A stretch of 64,000 bases of DNA from an uncultured Clostridia bacterium (GCA_900016865.1 FIZI01000016.1:45304-109303); one strand, 5' to 3'. Counted from the first letter of the stretch, positions 18,621 through 28,479 are shown. The notes: generated from the letters alone by a model not told the origin. Program-made: numbers and translations.

Positions 18621-19225
18621 CTCCCTCTGTTTGAGCGAGACTTGGCAGAGGCGCGACGAAAGAGGCTGTCAGCAATGAGAGCAGCAGCAGTCGAGCACGT
18701 GGTAGCTATGAGTGTAGTGATGAGGATGTCAGCTGGGTTTGCAGATCCCGTCAGGCCCCTCATGGCAATAACTGTTGTTGGGACTACTGTTATGCTCGAG
18801 GTTGTGATAGCCAGCAACGTACACATAGCATCGCTGGCTGTGTCTTTTCTCGGGTTGAGCTTTTGGAGCTCTTCTATAGCTTTGATGCCAAGCGGGGTAG
18901 ATGCATTGCCGAGCCCAAGTATGTTGGAGCTCATGGCAAGCGATATGTACGAGAGCGCTGGGTGCCTCCGAGGTATACTCGGAAACAGGAACCTTACGAT
19001 CGGAGATATGGCCTTGGCTATGGACTCAGTAAGCCCCGACGCAGAAGCAACTTGCATCAACCCCGACCAGAGCATCAGCAGGCCGGTCAGTCCAATCACG
19101 AACTCAACAGCAGACTTGCAGGACTGCACTATCTCACTAGAGACACTGTCAAGGGTCCCGTTTACCGCAGCTATTAAGATCCCCGATCCGACAAGCAGCA
19201 GCCAGACTATGTTGATCACACGCAA
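18617..19225 (-). CDS. spmA: Spore maturation protein A-like (nucleoside-recognition Gate-domain membrane protein)
   Basis: A 202-aa membrane protein upstream of and overlapping spmB. It is divergent from the DeoR gene. Confidence 0.7.
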   Translation of the reverse strand: MRVINIVWLLLVGSGILIAAVNGTLDSVSSEIVQSCKSAVEFVIGLTGLLMLWSGLMQVASASGLTESIAKAISPIVRFLFPSIPRRHPALSYISLAMSSNILGLGNASTPLGIKAIEELQKLNPRKDTASDAMCTLLAITTSSITVVPTTVIAMRGLTGSANPADILITTLIATTCSTAAALIADSLFRRASAKSRSNRGR

Positions 19226-19387
19226 TCCCTCCTCGGATATTCATGTGTATGCTCGGGCAAGTGTAGTGATGTTGCCGGCTGCTGGGCACCTGATCGGAAG
19301 TCCGCAGTTCATAGAAGGATAATGTTGATTTATGTGGAATAACAACTAACGCAAGGTCGATAACCACAAGAACTCACACTTGTCCAC

Positions 19388-20209
19388 ATGACAACAACGC
19401 GTTGTAAGGGAGATGCATTAGTGCTTGCAGCCGAGCGGCGTCGCCGTATTATACAGATATTAGAAAAAGAGCACAGTGTCCGGGTATCCGACCTTTGCGC
19501 TCGGTTTGATGTTGCAGACGAGACAATCCGCAGAGACCTGAAGCAACTCGAGGCAGAGGGACTCGTTGAGAGGACACACGGTGGCGCAGTACTGAGTGAC
19601 CGCGTCAGAGTGGCTTACCCTTACCACATGCGCAAGGTCCAGGCTCCAATCGAGAAACAGCGAGTCGGTAGAGCTGCCGCGCAACTGGTCGAAGACGGGT
19701 CTACGTTGATACTGGACAACGGCACGACCACACTTGAGGTAGCCAGGTGCTTGAGAGGCAAACGCAGATTGACCGTAGTGACCACGTCGCCTCTGATCGC
19801 TCTGGAGATGACCGGATATCCTGATGCGACTGTCATCTTGACAGGAGGGATCCTGGACCCGGACAGCCAGTCGCTGATAGGGCCTGACGCTGAGGAGTCT
19901 TTGCGCAAGTTGAGTGTAGATATAGCCTTCATTGGGACTAGCGGAGTGAGCGTTGAGCGGGGGTTCACCGCGTCCAACGTGTACGAAGCGCAGATCAAGT
20001 CCATTATGGTCAACGCGGCATCCAGACCCTATGTGGTCGCGGACGGCTCCAAGGTTGGCCAGAGTTCGCTGGTGTGCTTTTCGCCGCTGGGGGAAGTGTT
20101 TGGGCTGGTCACTGATTCGACAGCCAAACCGCACGAGCTCGACAAGCTGCGCGAATCGGGCTTGGATGTCGTGATAGCGGAAGAAATCTCGGGGGTGGTG
20201 CAATCGTGA
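19388..20209 (+). CDS. DeoR-family transcriptional regulator (HTH + DeoR C-terminal sugar-phosphate sensor)
   Basis: An N-terminal HTH (VRVSDLCARFDVADETIRRDLKQLE) and a C-terminal DeoR-C domain (273 aa). The gene lies first in the operon with the dehydrogenase, isomerase-aldolase and kinase genes. Confidence 0.85.
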   Translation: MTTTRCKGDALVLAAERRRRIIQILEKEHSVRVSDLCARFDVADETIRRDLKQLEAEGLVERTHGGAVLSDRVRVAYPYHMRKVQAPIEKQRVGRAAAQLVEDGSTLILDNGTTTLEVARCLRGKRRLTVVTTSPLIALEMTGYPDATVILTGGILDPDSQSLIGPDAEESLRKLSVDIAFIGTSGVSVERGFTASNVYEAQIKSIMVNAASRPYVVADGSKVGQSSLVCFSPLGEVFGLVTDSTAKPHELDKLRESGLDVVIAEEISGVVQS

Positions 20210-21180
20210 AACCAGTCGTGTTTGTCACTCGGAGGATCCCCGAATCAGGGATCGACATGCTTCGTGAGACCTGTGAGGTGGTAGTGAACGGGGAGGACCG
20301 TGTCCTATCTAAGGAAGAGCTGATCGAAGGGGTAAAGGGGAAGGATGCGCTGCTGTGCCTGCTTACGGACAAAATTGACGCAGAGGTTATGGACGCCGGC
20401 AAGAGCCTCAAGGTCATCGCCAACTACGCTGTCGGCTTTGACAACATCGATGTCGAGGCTGCAACAAGCCGCAAGATCCCCGTCACCAATACTCCCGGCG
20501 TGCTGACTGAGACTACGGCTGATCTCGCTTGGGCCCTTCTCATGTCTGCGGCTAGACGGATCGTTGAGGGCGATAGGTTCACTCGAGAAGGCAAGTACAA
20601 GGGTTGGTCTCCCATGCTCTTGCTGGGCCGTGACGTATATGGAAAGACTCTTGGCATAGTCGGCTTTGGCAGGATTGGCGAGGCGATGGCCAGGAGAGCA
20701 AATGGGTTCTCTATGCAGGTCATCTACTATGACGAGAATAGGCGTTCGCCGGAGGAAGAGGAACGGCTTGGCGTCAGATATGTGTCCTTTCCTGAGCTCC
20801 TGGCACAGTCGGATTTCATATCAGTTCATGTGCCTTTGATGGAGAAGACTTACCACATGTTCGGCCCTGCTGAATTTGCAGCAATGAAGAAAACAGCCAT
20901 ACTGATCAATACGGCTCGCGGGCCGGTGATCGATGAGGCTGCGCTGGTAGAAGCGTTGAGAAAGGGCGATATCGCCGGTGCCGGGCTCGACGTCTACGAA
21001 GATGAGCCGCTGTTGAAACCTGGATTGGCTGATCTCGACAACGTTGTCTTGGCGCCTCACATAGGAAGCGCATCGGTTGAGACGAGGACCAAGATGGCAA
21101 CTATGGCAGCACAGAACGTGCTGGCGGTACTCAGAGGAGAAGTCCCGCCCAACATACTCAACCGAGAGGTATTCGATTAG
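20206..21180 (+). CDS. D-isomer-specific 2-hydroxyacid dehydrogenase (glyoxylate/hydroxypyruvate reductase-like)
   Basis: NAD-binding GIVGFGRIGEAMARR, catalytic-region motifs (NTARG, HIGSAS), 324 aa, and a GTG start overlapping the deoR stop. Confidence 0.85.
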   Translation: MKPVVFVTRRIPESGIDMLRETCEVVVNGEDRVLSKEELIEGVKGKDALLCLLTDKIDAEVMDAGKSLKVIANYAVGFDNIDVEAATSRKIPVTNTPGVLTETTADLAWALLMSAARRIVEGDRFTREGKYKGWSPMLLLGRDVYGKTLGIVGFGRIGEAMARRANGFSMQVIYYDENRRSPEEEERLGVRYVSFPELLAQSDFISVHVPLMEKTYHMFGPAEFAAMKKTAILINTARGPVIDEAALVEALRKGDIAGAGLDVYEDEPLLKPGLADLDNVVLAPHIGSASVETRTKMATMAAQNVLAVLRGEVPPNILNREVFD

Positions 21181-21221
21181 TCAGAGCGCTATCAATCTGA
21201 TTCTCACTGGAGGGATCTAAG

Positions 21222-23249
21222 ATGGCCCTAGAAAAAAACGTGATAAGCATTGTGCACTCCATGGCGTACCCCGGCCCGGGAAAGACAAACGCGGTAGCCA
21301 GGGGTGAAGCACCTGAGACTTACTTAATCACTACAGTTAAGAAGATAGCGGATGACCCTTACTTCGGTGGTATAGAGGTCACTCGAATCAAAAACAGAGA
21401 CCACCGCAAGAAAGTTGCGAAGATTTTGAAAGACGCCAACATGGTGGTCACCTACAGCGCCCAACCCGTGCAGTTGATCAACGAAGACGCCCTGATAGAC
21501 GAAGGGGATATCTCGTCTATCGATGAGACTAGCCGGATCAATGCAGTCGCACGGATCAAGGAATGCATTGAGGAGGCTTTTGAGCTAGGGGCTTCCAACT
21601 TCGCATTGGTCAGCGGAAAGGACCCCGGCACCTCCAACGGGCTTAAGGCGCGAAGGGAGGCAATGCGTTCCCTCGTCAGGTCGCTCGATGAGATTTGTCA
21701 GTATGCGAGCGAGAGAGCAGCCGAAATCGGAGTAGGCGAGCTGAATATCTTCCTAGAGATGTTCGATCGCCTAGACGAACCCGGCTGCAAGAACATGCTC
21801 ATCGGGCCGACAACCGACGCTATCGAGGTCATCCAAGAGCTGAGGAATGTCTATCGGCGCAACAATCTGTGGCTCATGTATGACCTGAGCCATATGCTGC
21901 TCATGAAGGATTCATCGTTTGACGGCGAGGACCCGTTTGTCCTGAGAAAGCTCGCTCCGTACCTTGGTCATATCCACATTGGCACTTGTGTGCTCGATAA
22001 AGAGGACCCGCTCTACGGAGACACACACCCTCGTCTTGACTACCCGAACTCGGCAGTCACCAAGGAGCTGTTGGCTGAATTTGTCAAGGAGCTTCAGGCC
22101 ATACGCTATTCTAAGGGCATAGGCTTTGAAATCGCCCCTTACGGCGATGACCAGAGCGACGCGATTGTTCGAACAGCCAAGAGTTACCTCGATGAAGCGA
22201 GGGACAGATACGATGTCAACTACGCTCTTGGCAGGTACTTCTTTCGACCCAGGACGTTTTTCCCGGAGAACCTGTTTGCAGCGATAACAGATGCCAGGGT
22301 ACAGCGGCCGGAGATCATAACAGAAGAGGCCGCTGCACGAAAACGCAGGGACAAGTTGACCAAGAACGGACGTCTCATGATCCTTGCCTGCGACCATCCA
22401 GCAAGATATGTGACAAATGTTGGTGACGACCCGATTGGCATGGGCGATCGGATGGACTACCTTGGCAGAATTACCCGAGTGTTGATTCATGACGAAGTGG
22501 ATGGGGTTATGGGGACTCCCGACATCGTAGAAGACCTGCTCATAGTCAGCGCCATGTTGAGGGAGAAGACCGGGAAAGGCCTTCTCGACGACAAGGTGAT
22601 TCTCGGGTGTATGAACAGAGCGGGCTTAGCAGGCGCGAGGTATGAAATGGACGACCGGATGACTGCGTTCACTGCAGAGAGCATGCACAGATTGAGGCTG
22701 GATGGAGCAAAGATCATGTTTAGACTTGATCTCAACGACAAGTACTCCTTGCGGACTCTCACATACTGTGCAAAGGCTATAACCGAGTGCAACGCGCTTG
22801 GACTGCCAACATTCCTTGAGCCCCTGCCTGTCCAAAAGACCGACAGAGGCTATGAGGTCAAGCTCAACTACATCGACATGATACGTGTAATCGGAGTGGC
22901 GTCGGCTCTAGGGGACTCATCTCAGAACCTCTGGCTCAAAATACCATATGTAGACAAGTATGATCAGGTGGCTAAAGCCACGTCGCTTCCAATACTCATG
23001 CTGGGAGGCGCTTCAAAGGGCACTCCTATAGACACAATCGAGAACTTCGAAAGAGGCATGGGAGCAGGCACCAATGTCCGGGGTGCACTTGTCGGGCGCA
23101 ATGTCCTCTATCCGGGTGTAGACGACCCGATGGCTGTTGCAGGGGCTATCAGCAAAGTCATACACTCTGAATACTCAACGCTGGCAGCCATCAAGTACCT
23201 GGCAAGCATCAGGGGTACTGATATGGATGCCTTGGCGCCGATATGCTGA
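21222..23249 (+). CDS. Fusion protein: N-terminal xylose-isomerase-like TIM-barrel sugar(-phosphate) isomerase/epimerase + C-terminal DhnA/LacD/DeoC-type class I aldolase (Cgl0159-like)
   Basis: The N-terminal half (about 340 aa) carries AP-endo2/xylose-isomerase-like TIM motifs (FLEMFDRLDEP ... LGHIHIGTCVLD). The C-terminal half (about 335 aa) has LMILACDH (the LDH motif of DhnA-type aldolases), a candidate Schiff-base Lys region (KIMFRLDL) and the phosphate-binding LGGASKG. 675 aa. Confidence 0.7.
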   Translation: MALEKNVISIVHSMAYPGPGKTNAVARGEAPETYLITTVKKIADDPYFGGIEVTRIKNRDHRKKVAKILKDANMVVTYSAQPVQLINEDALIDEGDISSIDETSRINAVARIKECIEEAFELGASNFALVSGKDPGTSNGLKARREAMRSLVRSLDEICQYASERAAEIGVGELNIFLEMFDRLDEPGCKNMLIGPTTDAIEVIQELRNVYRRNNLWLMYDLSHMLLMKDSSFDGEDPFVLRKLAPYLGHIHIGTCVLDKEDPLYGDTHPRLDYPNSAVTKELLAEFVKELQAIRYSKGIGFEIAPYGDDQSDAIVRTAKSYLDEARDRYDVNYALGRYFFRPRTFFPENLFAAITDARVQRPEIITEEAAARKRRDKLTKNGRLMILACDHPARYVTNVGDDPIGMGDRMDYLGRITRVLIHDEVDGVMGTPDIVEDLLIVSAMLREKTGKGLLDDKVILGCMNRAGLAGARYEMDDRMTAFTAESMHRLRLDGAKIMFRLDLNDKYSLRTLTYCAKAITECNALGLPTFLEPLPVQKTDRGYEVKLNYIDMIRVIGVASALGDSSQNLWLKIPYVDKYDQVAKATSLPILMLGGASKGTPIDTIENFERGMGAGTNVRGALVGRNVLYPGVDDPMAVAGAISKVIHSEYSTLAAIKYLASIRGTDMDALAPIC

Positions 23250-23280
23250 TGACGGCCGGATTGGCGAGTAGGACTGTGAG

Positions 23281-24813
23281 GTGAGTTCGTTGGACCTGAT
23301 TTTGACCTATGACATCGGGACCACAGCCTGCAAGAGCGTGTTGTTTAGCGTCGACGGGACAGTTGTTGCAATGGCCGAGCAGGAGTTTCCGACCAGGCAT
23401 CCCGAGCCGATGTGGGCGGAACAAGACCCTGATGACTGGTGGCAGGCAGTTGTGTCCACCACCCGGTCACTCATGGAAGGCAGAGAGAACGCCAGGATCT
23501 TGAGCATAGGCCTCTCCAGCCAGAGGGAGACGATAGTCCCTGTTGACAAACAGGGAAACAAGCTCTGCGACGCGATACTGTGGATGGACAGACGTACCGC
23601 CAAGGAAGCCGAGGACCTTGCATCGTACTTCGGCAGGGAAAACCTGCACAGTGTCACGGGAATGATCCCTGATGCGACGTTTAGTGCGACTAAATTGATG
23701 TGGCTTAAGCGTCACATGCCCGAGGTGGTCGACGCTGCGCACTGCTTCCTCCAGCCAAAGGAGTATGTCTGCTTGAAGTTGACAGGGGCGTTCACAACCG
23801 ACTACTCCCTTGCTTCGCGGACAATGATGCTCGACGTGAGGAAGCTGTCTTGGTGTGACGATGTATTCGCTGCGGTCGGGATTTCAAAGGAGAAAATGCC
23901 TCGGATATACTACTCCGATGAAGTGGTCGGCACGGTAACCACGGAGGCTGCAGCACTGCTGGGCATCCCCTCTGGAATACCCGTGGTGGCCGGGGGAGGC
24001 GACCGCCAGTGCGAGGCGGTAGGTGCCGGGATCTTTGGAGACAGGGCAATGGAGTCTACAGGGACGACTTCAAACATCTCCTGTGCTTCTGACCACGTCA
24101 TTGACAACCTGGATATCCGCGTTGTATGTTCGGTGCATGCTCTCCGTGGGCATTGGCTGATTGAACAAGGGCTTACCACCAGCGGCTCCATACTGAGGTG
24201 GTTTCGTGACACCTTTTGCCAAGAAGAGCAGGCCGACGCAGCCGCTCGCGGCATCAGCGCTTATGCAATCATCGATGAAATGGTAGCCAACGCGCAGCCT
24301 GGATCACACAAGCTCTTGATGCTGCCGTTCTTTATGGGCGCCAAGGCAACACGGTGGAATCCCGCGGCACGTGGAGCGTTCCTGGGAGTGACGCTTGGAC
24401 ATGGCAAGGCTGAGTTTGCTCGGGCAATCATGGAAGGCGTAGCCTTTGAACTTCGAGCCTGTCTTGATATACTCAAGGGGATCGGGCTTGAACCGTCACA
24501 GATTGTCTCTATGGGCGGAGGCTCCCGCGGAGATGTCTGGAATCAGATAAGGGCGGATGTCACCGGCAGGCCTGTCAGTGTGCCGAGGGTGACTGACGCG
24601 GCGTCTCTTGGAGCCATGATCTTGGCAGCCAAGGGCGTTGGAGTCATCAGTGATGTTGCGGAAGCCTCGGTGACGCTAAATCCACCGCAGAAACGCTATA
24701 GCCCTACCGCAAGTTCGCAGGCAGTGTATGATCAACTCTACCCGATCTACGATGACTTCTACGCTGCAGTCGAGGGCTTGTTTGACCGGTTGGATGCGGT
24801 CAAGGCCCAGTGA
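23281..24813 (+). CDS. FGGY-family carbohydrate kinase (xylulokinase/glycerol-kinase-like)
   Basis: N-terminus LTYDIGTTACKSV (FGGY N-domain), a middle GGGDRQCEAVGAG region and C-terminal GGGSR (FGGY C-domain). 510 aa. Confidence 0.85.
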   Translation: MSSLDLILTYDIGTTACKSVLFSVDGTVVAMAEQEFPTRHPEPMWAEQDPDDWWQAVVSTTRSLMEGRENARILSIGLSSQRETIVPVDKQGNKLCDAILWMDRRTAKEAEDLASYFGRENLHSVTGMIPDATFSATKLMWLKRHMPEVVDAAHCFLQPKEYVCLKLTGAFTTDYSLASRTMMLDVRKLSWCDDVFAAVGISKEKMPRIYYSDEVVGTVTTEAAALLGIPSGIPVVAGGGDRQCEAVGAGIFGDRAMESTGTTSNISCASDHVIDNLDIRVVCSVHALRGHWLIEQGLTTSGSILRWFRDTFCQEEQADAAARGISAYAIIDEMVANAQPGSHKLLMLPFFMGAKATRWNPAARGAFLGVTLGHGKAEFARAIMEGVAFELRACLDILKGIGLEPSQIVSMGGGSRGDVWNQIRADVTGRPVSVPRVTDAASLGAMILAAKGVGVISDVAEASVTLNPPQKRYSPTASSQAVYDQLYPIYDDFYAAVEGLFDRLDAVKAQ

Positions 24814-24832
24814 GACCTAGAGGGCGAGTGCA

Positions 24833-25822
24833 GTGACCTTTTCTGAAAGGGTAAAGAATGAACTAGTCAGGCGCAAGAAGGACGAATGCCCCGAGTGCGC
24901 GTATGCCGAACTCGGGGGATTCGTCCATACTGCTGGCTCTATTTCAATCCTAGGACGCCAAAGGCTGAGCGTTACCGTAGAGGTAGACAGGCCTGCGATA
25001 GCTCGTCGCGTCTTCACCCTGGTGAAGAGGCTCTTCGGCGTTCATTCTGTCATCGCAGTCAGACGCTCCTCTCGCTTGGGAAGGCATAATACGTACGTAG
25101 TGAACATCCCCCCGTCCGCACAAGTGACAGAAGTCGTTCGGCGGCTTCACGTACTTGACGACGACAGCAGCCTGACTCGAGGCATTCCGTGGAGACTTGT
25201 GGGAGATAAATGCTGCCAGCGTGCCTATCTTCGCGGTGCGTTTGTCGTTCGCGGCTATGTGAACGATCCTGTAAAGGGCTACCACTTGGAGGTGACAAGC
25301 AACAGCTTTGATCACGCTTCGGACCTGGTGAAGCTGACAACCAAGTGGGATATCAAGGCCAAGACGACCGAGCACAAGCAAAGGCACATATTGTACGTGA
25401 AGGGCGCAGACGATGTTTCCCGATTTCTGCAGGTGATAGGCGCAGATATGGCTCTCTTGGAATTTGAGAACGTTCGAGCCATGAAGGATGTGCGCAATCA
25501 GGTCAATAGGGAAGTCAACTGTGAGACGGCAAACGTGAACAAGACCGTGGAGGCTGCGGCTCGGCAGATAGACGACATTCGCCTCATAGACAGAGAGATC
25601 GGAATAAGGTCGCTCAAGAAGAGCTTGCAGGACGTTGCTGTGTTGCGCCTTGAGATGCCTTCGGCTACTATGGAGGAGCTTGGCCAGGCACTGACACCCG
25701 CAGTGTCCAAGTCAACGGTGAGCTATAGATTCAAGAGAATAGCTGCGATTGCGGACGAGATACGCAAACAACAACGAGGGCATCCGCTTGTCTCTGATCG
25801 CAGGACTGCCAAGCCCCGTTAG
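24833..25822 (+). CDS. whiA: Sporulation/cell-division transcription regulator WhiA
   Basis: A GTG start gives the N-terminus TFSERVKNELVRRKKDECPECAYAELGGFVHTAGS, characteristic of WhiA (LAGLIDADG-like plus C-terminal HTH). 329 aa. Confidence 0.9.
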   Translation: MTFSERVKNELVRRKKDECPECAYAELGGFVHTAGSISILGRQRLSVTVEVDRPAIARRVFTLVKRLFGVHSVIAVRRSSRLGRHNTYVVNIPPSAQVTEVVRRLHVLDDDSSLTRGIPWRLVGDKCCQRAYLRGAFVVRGYVNDPVKGYHLEVTSNSFDHASDLVKLTTKWDIKAKTTEHKQRHILYVKGADDVSRFLQVIGADMALLEFENVRAMKDVRNQVNREVNCETANVNKTVEAAARQIDDIRLIDREIGIRSLKKSLQDVAVLRLEMPSATMEELGQALTPAVSKSTVSYRFKRIAAIADEIRKQQRGHPLVSDRRTAKPR

Positions 25823-25904
25823 TGTTTACCTTGGCAAGGAGTTGTAGTAGAGTAGAGAGGTTAGAAGTTTGGTGAGCAGCTCGGAGCCACGAGGAGGGAG
25901 TACT

Positions 25905-27176
25905 ATGTTTGAGGAGTTGAGGCAAGTAGACCCAGAGGTCGCTGACGCCATACTCAAGGAGACAAGACGCCAAGGTCAGAAGATCGAACTCATAGCATCC
26001 GAGAACTTCGTTAGCCAGGCAGTACTGGAAGCCCAAGGATCAGTGCTAACAAACAAGTATGCAGAAGGCTACCCGGGCAGGAGATACTACGGCGGGTGCG
26101 AGTTCGTTGACATAGTCGAGACTCTCGCTATTGAGCGAGCCAAGAAGCTGTTTGGCGCCGAGCATGTCAACGTCCAACCCCATTCGGGTGCTCAGGCCAA
26201 CACAGCTGTGTACTTCGCCTTACTTGAGCCAGGGGACGTCGTCATGGGTATGAACTTGGCTCATGGAGGGCATTTGACCCACGGACATCCCATGAACTTC
26301 TCAGGCAGGTTCTACAAGATAGTTCCTTACGGCGTAAGCCGGGAGACGGAGACTATTGACTATGACGAGGTCGCAGAGATCGCCAAAGCGAATTCGCCAA
26401 AGCTGATAGTGGCAGGTGCAAGTGCATATCCGCGGATCATCGACTTCGCCAGGTTGCGTGAGATAGCGGATTCTGTCGGTGCGATGCTGATGGTCGATAT
26501 GGCTCATATTGCCGGGCTTGTGGCAGCAGGGTTGCATCCGAGTCCTGTGCCGTACGCCGACTTTGTGACTACTACGACCCACAAAACCCTCCGCGGCCCA
26601 CGAGGGGGGATGATTCTCTGCAAGAAGGAGTATGCCAAGCGGATAGACTCGGCGGTGTTCCCCGGAACGCAGGGCGGGCCACTGATGCACGTCATAGCAG
26701 CCAAAGCAGTAGCCCTCAAGTTGGCCTTGCAGCCAGAGTTTGCAGAGTATCAGCGCCAGACAGTAGCCAATGCCAAGGCTCTGGCAGCCGCCTTGGTTGC
26801 AGAGGGCTTTGACCTTGTCTCGGGCGGCACAGACAACCACCTGATGCTCGTTAACCTGATCAACAAGGGCTTGACCGGAAAGGATGCAGAGAAGGCTCTT
26901 GACGAAGTGGGCATCACTGTCAACAAGAACGCCATCCCGTTTGACCCGCAGAAGCCGTTCATAAGCAGCGGGATAAGGCTGGGCACTCCCGCTGTCACAA
27001 GCCGCGGGATGAAAGAGCCGGAGATGAAAGAGATCGCATCAATGATCGCCGAAGTGCTCAACGGGATGAAGTCCGGCACACTCGACAAGCAGGCGGTGGC
27101 AGCACAGGTTCAAACGCTTTGTGCTCGCTTCCCGCTTTATCAAAGGCAACTCGAATCGCTGCGAACGGATCAGTGA
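25905..27176 (+). CDS. glyA: Serine hydroxymethyltransferase
   Basis: Start [12 protein letters not shown] with the RBS GAGGAGGGA upstream, the PLP-lysine region [13 protein letters not shown] and the SENF motif. The longer ORF start at 25869 is unlikely. Confidence 0.95.
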   Translation: MFEELRQVDPEVADAILKETRRQGQKIELIASENFVSQAVLEAQGSVLTNKYAEGYPGRRYYGGCEFVDIVETLAIERAKKLFGAEHVNVQPHSGAQANTAVYFALLEPGDVVMGMNLAHGGHLTHGHPMNFSGRFYKIVPYGVSRETETIDYDEVAEIAKANSPKLIVAGASAYPRIIDFARLREIADSVGAMLMVDMAHIAGLVAAGLHPSPVPYADFVTTTTHKTLRGPRGGMILCKKEYAKRIDSAVFPGTQGGPLMHVIAAKAVALKLALQPEFAEYQRQTVANAKALAAALVAEGFDLVSGGTDNHLMLVNLINKGLTGKDAEKALDEVGITVNKNAIPFDPQKPFISSGIRLGTPAVTSRGMKEPEMKEIASMIAEVLNGMKSGTLDKQAVAAQVQTLCARFPLYQRQLESLRTDQ

Positions 27177-27188
27177 GGTACAGTAGCT

Positions 27189-27749
27189 GTGTTGAACCGT
27201 AAAGGGTCCGGAGAGGATGCATTGGAGAACAGAAGTCAGTCGGCCGGGGCACCTAAGCGCGAGGCGATGGCCGTTACCCGTCATTTCACTGTTGCGGTGT
27301 TCGTCGTTTCGGGATGCAGGACTCTACTGCTCTACCACAGATCGCACAACATGTGGCTGCCCCCGGGAGGGCATATTGAGCCGGACGAGACTCCGGACGA
27401 CGCCGCGGTTCGTGAGGTATTCGAGGAGACAGGGCTTGAGGTAGTCCTCGTTGGCGAACGAGGACTGCCCCTGGATCAGCCTGCGCAGCTCATCACTCCT
27501 GAAGGCGTACAGCTTGAGATCATCGGTTCTCCATCAGACAATCATCAGCACATAGACCTGATATATTTCGCAGCTCTGCGGCCTGGACAATATGCGGATC
27601 GCTTGGAGCTGGATCTTGATTCGCATGAGGTTGTTGAGGCGGGATGGTACTCGTCAAGCGATGTGATGCGCATGGACCTTGCGGAGGACGTGCGAATGTG
27701 GGCGTTGCGCGCGCTCCAGGTCGTTCCTAAGCGCCTCTCAAAGCCTTAG
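27189..27749 (+). CDS. NUDIX hydrolase
   Basis: Nudix box GGHIEPDETPDDAAVREVFEETGLEV. The exact start is uncertain. Confidence 0.75.
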   Translation: MLNRKGSGEDALENRSQSAGAPKREAMAVTRHFTVAVFVVSGCRTLLLYHRSHNMWLPPGGHIEPDETPDDAAVREVFEETGLEVVLVGERGLPLDQPAQLITPEGVQLEIIGSPSDNHQHIDLIYFAALRPGQYADRLELDLDSHEVVEAGWYSSSDVMRMDLAEDVRMWALRALQVVPKRLSKP

Positions 27750-27807
27750 CGGGCTTGGACTGATGCATTTCCTGCAATAATTCCCACCAGCTGACGTCTG
27801 TATAGGT

Positions 27808-28128
27808 ATGGAGAGAGAACAGCACCCGGTAGTCCGGGCAATCATTGCCGAATACCGATTTCTGCTCAGATACGCCGAGCGGCTCGTGTCCGGCCTTGTC
27901 CACTGCGACGCAGAGGACGTGGTTCAGGATGTGATGGTCCGGCTGCTTTCCTTGCCTGTCAACGGTATACCGATCGAGCGTTTGGCTTCGTACTTGCGAG
28001 CCTCTGTAAGGAACAGGATGAGCAGCCGCAGGAACAGGATGTCGATGATACGAAGACAGCCGAGTTCGAGCGATATTGGAGGGAAGAAGGCCGCGAGGCC
28101 TACGAGCGCTGGCTGGAGCGTGTGCTAG
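27808..28128 (+). pseudogene. Truncated ECF sigma-factor fragment (region 2 only)
   Basis: AEDVVQDVMVRLL and the following basic stretch match sigma-70 region 2 of ECF sigmas. The ORF ends after 106 aa with no region 4, and contains a 12-nt direct repeat (aggaacaggatg x2, encoding the repeated RNRMS). Confidence 0.35.
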
Positions 28129-28180
28129 AGGAGAAAAAGAGCATAGAGAAATGCGATTCGGCAGGTGAAAGCGATTCGCG

Positions 28181-28209
28181 TTGACACATCGGATAGCCTG
28201 TGTTATACT
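28181..28209 (+). promoter_or_regulatory. Sigma-A-type promoter for the tRNA-Ser pair
   Basis: TTGACA-N17-TATACT, about 50 nt upstream of tRNA-Ser(TGA). Confidence 0.6.
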
Positions 28210-28258
28210 TCATTTGTGTCAGCCGTCGGCTGACTGAGATTCCAGCTCTTCTGGACTT

Positions 28259-28349
28259 GGAGGGGTGTCCGAGTGGTTTAAGGAGCTGGTCTTGAAAACC
28301 AGTGACTCACGTAAGTGGGCCGTGGGTTCGAATCCCACCCCCTCCGCCA
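28259..28349 (+). tRNA. tRNA-Ser (anticodon TGA)
   Basis: A manual cloverleaf gives acceptor ggagggg/cccctcc, a 3-bp D stem, anticodon stem ctggt/accag with loop cuUGAaa, a long variable arm, T-loop ttcgaat and an encoded CCA. Confidence 0.85.
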
Positions 28350-28388
28350 CGGTCAATATCTGGTGAGTCTGTCTATAGGTTCGATTGC

Positions 28389-28479
28389 GGAGAGATACCC
28401 AAGTGGTCGAAGGGGTCGGTTTGCTAAACCGATAGTAGGAGCAATCCTAGCGAGGGTTCAAATCCCTCTCTCTCCGCCA
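28389..28479 (+). tRNA. tRNA-Ser (anticodon GCT)
   Basis: Acceptor ggagaga/tctctcc, anticodon stem tcggt/accga with loop uuGCUaa, a long variable arm, T-loop ttcaaat and CCA. Confidence 0.85.

Noticed and set aside
19460-20203. 247-aa reverse ORF over the DeoR gene
   Set aside because: It is antisense to a gene with clear HTH and DeoR-C features, and has no RBS.
24950-25387. 145-aa reverse ORF over whiA
   Set aside because: It is antisense to the highly conserved WhiA sequence.
26301-26840. 179-aa reverse ORF over glyA
   Set aside because: It is antisense to serine hydroxymethyltransferase.
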